Under the pieces are notes generated by a model. That model saw nothing but the letters and a program-made list of their open reading frames with translations. It searched no databases and was not told the origin of the DNA. The position numbers and the translations under genes were made by a program. 64,000 nt of DNA from Chiloscyllium plagiosum. Taxonomy: Eukaryota. Location of the stretch: the NCBI RefSeq assembly GCF_004010195.1, contig NC_057734.1, positions 11,038,404-11,102,403 on the forward strand, read 5' to 3'. Positions 14,101 to 26,100 of the stretch are shown here, piece by piece (within the stretch, counting starts at the first letter, position 1; every line of letters begins with the position of its first letter).

Positions 14101-17100
14101 TGATCAGGTCCTGGGGATTTATCCACCTTTGTGTTTCAAGACATCCAACATTTCCTCCTCTGTAATCTGGACATTTTGCAAGGTATACCATCTATTTCCC
14201 AACAGTCTATATCTTGCATGTCCTTTTCCACAGTAAATACTGATGCAAAATACTCGTTTAGTATCCCCCCCATTTTCTGTGGCTCTACACAAAGGCTGAC
14301 TTGCTGATCTTTGAGGTGCCCTATTCTCTCCCTCGTTACACTTTTGTCCTTAATGTATTTGTAAAAAGCCTTTGGATTCTCCTTAATTGTATTTGCTAAA
14401 GCTATCTCATGTCCCCATTTTGCCCTCCTGATTTCCCTCTTAAGTGTACTCCTACTTTCTTTATACACTTCTAAGGATTCACTCGATCTATCCTGTCTAT
14501 ACCTGACATATGCTTCCGTCTTTTTCTTCACTAAACCCTCAATTTCTTTAGTCATCCAGCATTCCCTATGCCTACCAGCCTTCCCTTTCACCCTGACAGG
14601 AATATACTTTCTCTGGATTCTTGTTCTCTCATTCCTGAAGGCTTCCCATTTTTCAGCCGTCCCTTTACCTGTGAACATCTGCCCCCAATCAGCTTTCGAA
14701 AGTTCTTGAATAATACCTTTGGCCTTTCTCCAATTTAGAACTTCAACTTTTAGATCTGGTCTCTCCTTTTCCATCACTATTTTAAATCTAATAGAATTAT
14801 GTTTGTTGGCCCCAAGGTGCTCCCCCACTGACACCTCAGTCACCTGTCCTGCCTTATTTCCCAAGAGTAGGTCAAGGTTTGCACCTTCTCTAGAAGGTAC
14901 ATTCACATACTGAATCAGAAAATTTTCTTGTACACACTTAACAAATTCCTTTCCATCTAAACCCTTAACACTGTGGCAGTCCCAGTCTATGTTTGGAAAG
15001 TTAAAATCCACTACCATAACCACCCTAGTATTCTTCCAGATAGCTGAGATCTCCTTACAAGTTTAATGATTTAATAAGAATGTAAAAGCTACACTTGAAA
15101 ATCAAAACAGTAACCCTCAAGAAAATCTCAAGAAAGAGCCCTCATAAAAGAAAATATTTTTTGTCCAATGGTAGGGGTTTCAAGTTTGGGTGGCACTTTT
15201 GTAGAAACCTTTGCTGCAGTGCATCTTATTGGTGGCACGTGTTGCTGTCACTGAGCATCAGTGGTGAATGGGATGCTATTTATGCACCACCTATTCAACC
15301 ATGGCTGAGCTTTGTTTAACCCACTGTCTTATTCAGTCTCTCAAAGTTCTTCCATTATCGCCTTGAGAGTTATTGAACTACCAATCATTTCCAACCAATG
15401 ACTGACCATACATCAGTTTGTTTTGTTCAGATTTTGATCTTAAATGAGTTGGCAGCCTCCTTGTGTATTTCGAGCATTGTATTTCAGCTGTACATTATTT
15501 CACATTTTTACAAAAAGAAATCCTTGAAAACTATTTCTGCAGTTTATTTCTTCATGTGTGTTTCCCCTGCACTTGGCAAGATTGGTCTCTGAGGGGACTT
15601 ACTGAGAGAACTCATGGGCATTGGCATGTAAAATAGTGGGTACAGATTCAATATTAACTTTCAAAAGGAATTGCATAGGTACTTTAAAAGGGAAACATTT
15701 GCAAGGCCATAGCAACAGAATGAGTGAGTGGGACTAATTGGACAGCTCTCTCAAAGAGGCACAGGTTGAATGGCTGCCTTCTTTTTGTGTGATTCTTTGA
15801 TCATTGATTTTTGTCTGCCCATTCTGTGCCAGCTCCTGCTTGGGTACAGTCCAGTGTGAGCTAACACCTCTTATGGTATCTCTGCCAGGTGGGTATCCTA
15901 AAGACGTAAATGCAAACACTGTAGTGGGCACTAGTGCCAAACCTGATCTGGTAGCAGCACACGGGTCATTGGGGAACAATCAATGCAAAAGCTGTAACTT
16001 ATTTTCCTTTTACTCTGAAAATCAATAATACTGAGGCAAATTACAGTGTTGTCAACCTGATGAAGGTGAATCCACTCAGCATTTGCGTTCCCTGTAATTA
16101 TTCCTGCCGCTGTCCAGAATCTGAGGTCCATTTGTGAAAGTGGCATCTATAAAAGGGAATCTGTGCATCTGCATGCTGATCAGTGCGCGGATGCGAATCA
16201 GTGTGCGTGGGCGCTCATCGGTGAGCGTGGACGCTGATCGGTGAGCATGGACGCTGATCGGTGAGCGTGGACGCTGATCGGTGAGCGTGGGCGCTGATCG
16301 GTGTGCGTGGGCGCTGATCGGTGTGCGTGGGCGCTGATCGGTGAGCGTGGGCGCTGATCGGTGAGCGTGGGCGCTGATCGGTGAGCGCGGACGCTGATCG
16401 ATTTGCGCGGACGCTGATCGGTGAGCTTGGGCGCTGATCGGTGCGCGCGAGCGCTGATCGGTGCATGCGGTGCGCGTGGATGCTCAAGGCAGATGTTCAG
16501 AGGCAACAACAACAGAAATTGCTGGAAGAACTCCGCAGTTCTTTCTTCAGAACTTTAGAAGGAACATTGCTCAACCACAAACCAGGGATCAAATAATGAA
16601 TGGCTTTTGTGACAGACCTTTATCTACCTGCAACAAATGGATGTCTGGAATTATTTTGCCAACAGTTCAAAATGTAGATGTTCAAGAATTCAACAGTATA
16701 ATTTCTAGAATTTCCTTGCCAATTTTTTGTCAGTGTTTGTGAAGTATGTTGATTACCGTAGATATATGAATGTACCACATTGTCTGAAATATGCCATGGG
16801 ATGTCCTGAGGTTGCTAATAATGCTATTTAAATGCAACTCTCATATCCTTTAGACTGCAATGTTTTGTTTCCAGCGAGCTGTGTTTAAGATGCAGGACTG
16901 AGTTGTCTTGATTGCTGGGTGAACTGTGGGGCAGGGAAGTGAGATAGTTTGGGGGGGGGGGGGAGGTTGGAGCGGGGGAGTGGTCTTGGTCACATGTTGT
17001 GAGTTTTACTTTCTCCTTTCCTGCTACTAGTGTTATCCAATGGGGAAGAGACCGCAGAAGATGTGGTGGATGCAGGAAGTCTCCTGGAAGTCTTGAGGAT

Positions 17101-20100
17101 GTACAAGTGGCAGATGTCTTCATTTGAAGAACAGGTAAAAACTTGGATATCAATAAGCCCGTGGTAGACCAGTGTCATCACAATTAAGGATCAAGACTGC
17201 TGTCTGAATGTACACAATTGCACTCAGAAGGGATCTTACGTGGTTGATACTGTTCAGTGAAGCTGTAGAGACTGTAGAGACCAGGACAGAACCCCACTGG
17301 TCCTCACCTACCACCCCACCAATCTCCATGTACAGCGCATCATCCGCCGTCACTTCCACCACCTCCAAATGGACCCCACCACCAAGGATATATTTCCCTC
17401 CCCTCCTCTATCAGCTTTCCGTAGAGACCACTCCCTCCGCGACTCCCTTGTCAGATCCATACCCCCCACCAACCCAACCTCCACTCCCGGCACCTTCCCT
17501 TGCAACCGCAGGAGGTGCAACACTTGCGCCCACACCCCCCCCCTCACTTCTCTCCAAGGCCCCAAAGGAAACTTCCATACCCGCCACAGATTCACCTGCA
17601 CCTCCACCCACATCATCTACTGCATCCGCTGCAGCCGGTCTGGCCTCCTCTATATTGGGGAGACAGGCCGCCTACTTGCGGAGCGATTCAGAGAGCACCT
17701 CTGGGCCACCCGGACGAACCAACCCAACCAACCTGTAGCACAGCATTTCAACTCCCCCTCCCACTCCACCGAGGATATGCAGGTCATTGGACTCATCCAC
17801 CGCCAAACCACAACAACCCGACGGTCGGAGGAGGAGCGTCTTATCTTCCGACTGGGAACACTCCAACCGCAGGGGATGAACTTGGACTTCACCAGTTTCT
17901 TCAACTCTCTGCTCATTCCTGAAGAAGGGCATGTGCCCGAAACGTCGAATCTTCTGTTCCCTAGATGCTGCCTGACCTGCTGTGCTGTTCCAGCAATAAA
18001 GTTTCAGCTGTAGAGACTTCCCAAGTGCCCTCAGTGATGGGATATTGAGTGAGCATCCCTCAATAAGTCAAGAGGAGAGATCCTGATAAAGAACGGTCAG
18101 TGCTGTACCAGGCCACGTGACTGTTTCTACGCTGTAATTTCTGAGGTTTTCTATATTGTCATTAATAGCAACACCTAGGATCATTTATCTCCAGAAAGGT
18201 AATGGCTCTCCATTTCATTGTGGTACTGCCACTGAGAGCTGCTGGCACAATAAGCTGCATTTCTGTATTGTTTTCACATGCAAAATGAAAAATTTGTAAA
18301 TTCCTGCCACAGTCCTTGCTAACTAATTTCTTCTTGTCCAGGAGTTTGCTCTTTACTGCCACGTCACATGCTTTTTCTGTCCTCTTTCCCTGCCGGTCAT
18401 ATTGCCTTGTGTTTACAGGATGCTCATGAGTTGTTCCATGTTCTCACCGCGGCTTTGGAAGACGAACGAGATCACCAGCCTCGAGTTGCACATTTATTCG
18501 ACGTTCAGTCTTTGGAGGTAAAACGGCTTTACATTGGAATTGTGTTCTAGTCATTGTAAACTCACCACCGCCACCTCCAGGCCAACTAGGAATGTGTAAT
18601 AAATGTGCAATGCCCACATCCTATCAGTGAATCTAAAAGAAGTGACTATAGGACATATGGCAAGTGAGGCCTTATGCTGAGAAACAGCTAGACCACCTTT
18701 TGTTGGGTCTGGACCTGAAATGGCCTTTTGAAAAAGAGACTGTACAAACACTAGGTATTCCAATAGTGGTAGTTGCCTATTTCACCATTTTCTACAGGAA
18801 GTATTTGGAAACAATTAGCAACAAACACAGAATGCTGGAGAAACTCAGCTGATCTGGCAGCATCTGTGCAGAGAAGTAGAGTTACCATTTTGAATCCAGT
18901 ATGACTCCTCTTCAGAACTAGGATAACTTGCATTTTACGTGGCATCTTTTAAATCAGGGCCAGTTCAAACAGAAGTTGCTGAGGCAAAGAGGAGGTTATT
19001 TTTTTCTATAACGAGCCTTGCGTTGATAATGTGTGTTAAAACCTGTTGAACGGTTTTTTAAACAATGAGGCTTCAAATGGTAAAAGTCAATTGACTGGTT
19101 TCCCATTCATTAACTTGAGATAGTCCCCATTCAATATGAGACTTGCAGAAGCTGGTTAGCACAGTGTCGAGAGGGGACAGATTGGGATGGGGTGGGAAGA
19201 GCTATCTGTTTTCACGAGAAGGTGGAAGTTGGAAGAACAACCTCCCATTTACTACAAAAACAGAACAATAAAAGGAAAAGAGTTGGAGTTGGAAATCCAA
19301 CCTGAGCTGGGAGTGATAAAAACAGAAATTGCTAGAAAAGCTCTGCAGGTCTGGCAGCATCTGTGGAGAGAAATCAGAGTTAATGTTTCGGGTCTAGTGA
19401 CCCTTCCTTAGAACTCTAGAGATGGGAGTGAGCCTAAGTGAGGGAAAACCACACGCTTGACTGTAATCGGAATCTGATGAAAAGTTAACTTTGGTCACTT
19501 CTGTGGAATAATACAATCTGTTTTCATATACTCCTGAGGTAGTATTTTTATGATTATAACTCCCTATGTTCTTTTGCAGTCTGTAAATAAGTATCTTAAC
19601 ACTAATTCTCAACAAATAACCCAAAGCACTTTACAAGCTAACGAAGAAGCTGTAAGGGCAAGTGACACCAAGATCGGTTAAAGTGGTGGGTTATAAGGAA
19701 CATCTTAAAGAAGGGCTGAGAGGGAATTTCAGAACTTAGGCCCTACTCCCTGCGTCACCACTGACAGTGATGGGGGAAGGAAGTGGGGAATGGACAGGAA
19801 GCCAGACTTGTAATAATGTAGAGCTGATGGAGATTTGCAGAGCTGGAGGAGATTATGGAGCTAAGGAGAGGCAAGGTTATAGAACAGTCTGAACATGAAG
19901 ATCAGAATTTTAAATTCAAAGCATTGATAGACTGGGAACCAGTGAACGGGACTTAGTGTGAGTCTGATTATGGGCAGCTGAGTTCAGTCTGACTGAAACA
20001 CATATGACAGATGTGAGGACACGTAAAAGATACAATATCCAGTTCTTTGGGGTCAGTGTAATGAGACATCACCAACATTCCTTTTGGCTTATACTATGAA

Positions 20101-23100
20101 TTATGTAGATAGTCAACAATATGATTGTTGACCTAAATGCAAGATGTGCATGTCCCAAATACACATGACCCAAGATAATGTCAGATTAGATCTTTGTTAC
20201 TTGTTCACAAAACATCCCTTGCTCACCCTTCCGCAACCAAATCCACCTTCTAATCATAAGAAGGCCTGCAGCGCCAGATCATTTCAAACCTTTGAAAAGC
20301 ATTTTTCGTTTCTTATCTGGTCCATGACTGAAATCAGTAAATTCCTTCTTGGTTTTTAGAAGAAAAGTATATGTTACGTCTTCAATCAATCTGTATCTCT
20401 GGTTTTGTAGACTCCACCAGAATCGGAGGAAAAACAGCTGAGCTGCAGGAGCCGAGGTAAGAAGCTTTATTCCAAAAGTAACCTTACTAACATATGTCTT
20501 GATCCACTCTATGTTAGTAAATCCATCTGGGTAGTGGGGTACTGAATAACAGCAACTTGACTGGAGAGATTTAAGCTCTGCATTTTCCTAGTACCGGCAG
20601 GATTGATAAGGCCTTGGCACTGACCAACACTGAAAAACATTTCCCTGCATTCAATCTTTAAAGAAAGTTGCTTATACATTTAGTTTAAAAGTCACCTTTA
20701 ACTTAAGAAAAATGCCCCAAAGCATCTCACAGGAGTGTTATCAAACATTTGACATTACATCAGACAAAATAATATTGGGACGTGTGACTAAAAGCTTGGC
20801 CTGAAGAGGTAGGTGTTGAAGGAGATGAGAGAGCTGGAGAGGTACAGAGAGAAAACTCCAGAGCTCAGGACTCACACAGATGAATGCACAGCCACTGATG
20901 GTGGAGCAAAGACGATCTAGGAAGAGTTGTGCACATCCAGGCCTTTCTTCATATTGTTCCGTCTGGACTTTGTTTGGTGCTGACGAGCAGACTTGCCATT
21001 TTTTTTATGCCAGTGTTAACCTCACAAGTGTTCAGATGAGGAGTGACACTACATAGTTCTAGAACTTGCTAACTGTGTGCCTCATCCCCACATACACAAC
21101 AGTACACCTTGCTCTGACCAGTGTGACATGTTTATATTTCTGACTCTGAGTAAAATTTTGAAATTCTGAGCAATTGTGGATTCATATTCAAGGAAGTGGT
21201 CAAAACTCCAAACCAAGAGACTATTGCTAGGCTATGGTATAAGTATTCTGGATTAGTGGTGCTGGAAGAGCACAGCAGTTTAGGCAGCATCCGAGGAGCA
21301 GTAAAATCGACGTTTCAGGCAAAAGCCCTTCATCAGAATGAAGGGCTTTTGCCCGAAACGTCAATTTTACTGCTCCTTGGATGCTGCCTGAATTGCTGTG
21401 CTCTTCCAGCACCACTAATCCAGAATCTGGTTTCCAGCATCTGCAGTCATTGTTTTTACCGTATGGTATAAGTATTGTTCACCCTCAGTGTTAGAATGTG
21501 CCTCATTTTCAATCAGGGAGATCATTAAATAATAATCATTAATGATTTCTCTGAATATTGTATTCTTCCTTTGCAAACTGGTCCTGGAGAATTGAGGTCA
21601 GATGTAGTGCTAGGAGTGATCTGTTAACTTGGCAAGTGTAGAGTTCAAAGTAGAGCAGACTTTCTTGTCTCTTAGCTCAGAGATCAGACAGGGTAGTGCA
21701 GTTACCCAGAAGTTCATCTTGAGCATGTTTTCTGCACAATGTCACAAATCTTACCTTAATCAAACTAATTGGAGCGAACATGAACTCAATCCAGTGACTA
21801 AACAAGCACATCTCAATAATTATTGAATAACTATTGTTATTCATTTACTGCAGCTTTAAACTTTACAGTTCATAATTCTAGCTGGCTTTGAGATTGTTTT
21901 GTATCTTTTTTACAGCAGCCATTAAAACTGATTTAAATTAAGTCATGCGTTTGCAATGGACAAACTAATTCATCTATGGCTAATTCATCTACCTATTTCT
22001 CATTTCAGGGCCTTTGCTGCCACCACCAAGTCCCTGGAGATCTCAGCACCCTTTCCATGGCCGACTGACCAGTAATATGGTGTGCAAACGGTGTGAGCAA
22101 CAGGTGAGTTTACATAAAGAAAGGTATCACTTTACCTAATACTGACTGTGCTTACATCTACCAGAATAATAACTAGGATCTAAGGGTTTATATTATGAGG
22201 AGGAGCAGTACAACTAGGGTTATATTCTCTGGAATTTAGATGGTTAAGATGTGATTTGAAAGAAGTTTTCAAGATATTAATAGCAACATGTAAGTTAGAT
22301 AGAAATAACTTAGCCAGGTAGTACAGAGATGGGAAGCTCAGTCTAAAATTTAGGGCCAGGACTTTCACAAGTGAAATTCGAAAGCGTTTCAACAAGCGAG
22401 CAAACACAGTTTGGAAGTCTACAAAAAGCAATTGATGCAAGGGCAGTTTTAGATTTTAAAATGGAGATTAAGATCAAAGAATTTCAAAAATCTGTCAAGG
22501 AATATGGAATGAAGGCAAACTTGGGCATCAGCCGTGATTTCATCGAAAGGCAGGATAGACTCCAGGTGCCAAATGGCCTGCTGCTATTTCTGTGTAAACA
22601 CATAAACGCCCAGATACACACACATACACGCACATGTATGCACACACTTACATACACACACACGTGTATACACACACACAGATACTTGCGTATGTAAACA
22701 GACATATATACATACACAAACATGCAGATATACACACACATGCACATACACACACAAACAGTGAGATATATACACATACACATGTTTTTGAGTTTTTCAT
22801 TTGCCCATTTTACTTACCAAATGAAGTTCCCAACATGAATTTAATTCCTTTTCCCATTGTAAAAATCAGATATTCAAACTGTAGATGATGACATCTAAAC
22901 ACGCGCGAGCTTCCAACTGTCAGTGCTATATATTGTAAGTCTGTACTTGTTCTTCAGCCTGAACAATCGATTTCAACCCTTCCACTGCTTGTTGACCAAT
23001 TCTCACAAGCTCTGGTGGATTAACTCACGTTTAAAAATCCTTGTGCATGATAATGAATGCAAAGAACAGAATTGTGGATGATTGACTTGTTCCCTATTGC

Positions 23101-26100
23101 AATTGATGGTGCCCCTATCAGAGTAGAATTAGCCCAGGAACAGGCCATTCAGGTCAGCTGGTCTTCAGCCAGTGTTCATGCTCCGTTAGAGTCTCCTCCC
23201 ACTTCTCCACATCACCAAAACTTTCCGTTCATTTTACCTTCCAGTTTAATCAACTTCCCTTTTCAATGCAGCAATAGTAGTCCCTCATTCATCTTTTGTG
23301 GTAGAGTATTCCACATTTTAAGCACACTGGTTAAAGACCATTTCCCTGAATTCTTTAAGGGACTTAACAGTGACCTTTTACAGTCTCTAAACTGGAGTGA
23401 TGCCTCTTAATTTTAAACTCCCCTGCGAGTAGATGCATCTTCCCTACCTCTACCTTGTCAAGCATCATCATAATTTGTACAAACTTTGTAAATCTAAAAG
23501 AACAGCCTGTACAAATGTTCCTGCCTTGTACAGAAGACCAGGATACTTGCTATCTGTTTTTGAAAGCAATAATACTGAGCTGTGATTCAGTCTGGACCTC
23601 CTGTAATGCAAGTTCAGATGCAAGGTGGTCTTTGCTTCATTTTGTTTACTTGCCCCAGTTTCTCTGGGATTGGCTGTGCTGACAGTGAGCTGTAAATTCA
23701 GCCAAAGACATTTGGAACAAAATGGGTTTGTTAAGATTGCAAATAAAGAGTGGGGGCCATGGGGGAAGGGGGATGGACCACTATCACCCTCCCTTTCCTG
23801 TCTGGCTAGAGTATATTATTTGAACCAGTGGCATCAGGAGAATGCACTGCAAGAACTTCAAAACATTATCACTGCCTTTGCATTTTCTTATCAGAGTCCC
23901 GTGAGGTACGACACATTTGACAGTCTCTCTCTCAGCATTCCAACAGTCACATGGGTATGTACTCTCTGCATTTTATTTTGTGCTGATTACACTATTATTT
24001 TTACATATAAATTATTATGCTTCCAAGTGATATAGAACTGTATAAAAGCAAATTACTGCGGATGCTGGAATCTGAAACCAAAAGAGAAAATGCTGGAAAA
24101 TCTCAGCAGGTCTGGCAGCATCTGTAAGAAGAGAAGAGAGCTAACATTTCAAGTCTAACTGACCGTTTGTCAAAGCTCGACAGCTGAGATTTTCCAGCAT
24201 TTTCTCTTTTGGATATAGAACTGTAACCCACTTCAGAGATTTGAGAATAAAACCCTCGGCTGACTGTCTCGTGCAGTACTGTCCTATTGAGTGGGGGTGT
24301 TCCTCAGATGAAATATTGTCTGTCTTCTCAGGTGGACAACAAAGGTCACTTGCCATTTTTCTTTTATGAGGAGCAGAGGGAGATTTCCCTCGTGTTCTGG
24401 CCTGAATGTGTCCTGCAGCCTGCAAAACAGAAGCAGATTGTCCAATTACTATTAAATTTTTGTGGGGATTTGCTGAGTGCAGGTGACAGTCACCGCAGTT
24501 TAAGTTCTTTGCTATCTGTAAAGTGCTTTGAGACCTTCTAAGGTGAGGAAATGCAATCTATAATTGCCATTTTTTTTCCTCTTACTGAATGATATTGTAA
24601 TAAATTGTGTTTTAAAGCAAATAACTCCTTTCCAGTTTAGACCTAGAGAGCACTAGTGAGTTGGTTCTACAGTGAGAACTGGAGTTGGACAGTTCAGTTG
24701 GATGCCTGGCTGTGAAGTAGAGACAATGAAATAGGTAGTCTGAGACAAGTTTGAGGGGATCAGTGAAGTGAGAGCAGAAGCAGCAGAGCTAGGACAGGGG
24801 TGCTGGCAGAGATAGAGTGCTACAAAGCTTTGAAGGGTACTAAAGAAAGTAGTAATGTAGCAGCGAAAAGGACCAATGATGAGCAAAACAATGGGATTTA
24901 ATCAAAATAATTGCTTTGTTAAAAAAAATTGGGAAATTAAATGTAAAGTTTCACCTGTGGAAGATGTGTTTGGAGTCTGTCATTACAATGTTTCGTACAT
25001 TTCAGCACAGACTGCATTTCCAAAAGCCCTGACCTGGTTGTAAATGGCCTGAGATCCTGAAAGGTTAAGTCTTTATTTATGTCATACTGCATCCTAGAGG
25101 CTGCGTGTGTGTAACGCATTGTGACAGGAATCTGATTACGGATTTCCCATATCAAGTATTAATTATGTAGTTTTCCTATTGTAGTTGCTTCTATAGGCAG
25201 TTTCATTTGTAAATGTTGACAGTGCTAATTCAAAAGGAGTGAACAACATTTAGATTTACACTCTGTGAGGATGTGCACATGTCTTGTCAACTAAATAAAC
25301 TCCTGCAATGCACTTCTCATTGGATATATTGTCATAGTTTGAATGGGTTTAGGGTGGCTGCAATAGAGGAAGCATAATAAGCTATTTACTTAAATAAAAG
25401 CAAAATATTGTGGATTCTGGAGATCTAAAATACATTGGGGAGGTGATGGCCTACTGGTATTATCCCTCAGGGACAGTGGCAGGGACAGACCACTATAAAC
25501 ACTGGAGGAAACATCAAAGAAGCGCTTCGCAGGAGGCTCCCAAGCACTGATGATGTCGCCTAGCCAGGGGACGAAACGTTTGCAACAAAAACTTCCAGCT
25601 CGGCGAACAGAACCACAGCAACGAGCACCCGAGCTACAAATCTTCGCACAAACTTTGAATTATCCCTCAATTATTCATTCAGAGACCATGGTAATGTTCT
25701 GGAGACGTGGCAGATGGTGGATTCTGAATTCAATAAAGATCTGAAATTAAGAGTCTAATGATGATGATGGAGCCATTGTCAATTGTTGAAAAAAACCATC
25801 TGGAAGGAAACTGCTGTCCTTCCCTAGTCTGGCCTACATGTGACTCTAGACCCACAACATTGTGGTTGATAATCAACTCCTTCTGGGCAAATAAGGGATA
25901 GGCAATAAATACTGGACTGGTCAGTGATGCCTACATCCTGTGAATGAATAAAAACAAAACAAGTGCTGGAGAAACTCAGTGCATCTGGCAGCATTTGTGG
26001 AGAAAGAATCAGTGTTAATATTTCAAATTTACTGGGTCTGCATCAAAAATGTTTTCAAAACTGCCAGACCTGTTGAGTTTTTCCAGCATTTTGTTTTTAT

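Noticed and set aside
16198-16512. Repetitive ORFs (AHAHRSA/TDQRPRSP) and CRISPR-like periodicity
   Set aside because: Translation of a spacerless 20-bp minisatellite; no unique spacers, no cas genes, eukaryotic intron
17369-18013. Domesticated GIY-YIG nuclease gene
   Set aside because: 5'-truncated, TSD-flanked transposon copy; no promoter or splice evidence
21248-21461. Hairpins as miRNA precursors or DNA-transposon MITEs
   Set aside because: The arms match Penelope pseudo-LTR sequence found next to GIY-YIG ORFs, are asymmetric, and have variable long TSDs rather than fixed short TSDs
22484-22888. Cys/Val- or His/Thr-rich ORFs
   Set aside because: Translation of a (CA)n-like microsatellite
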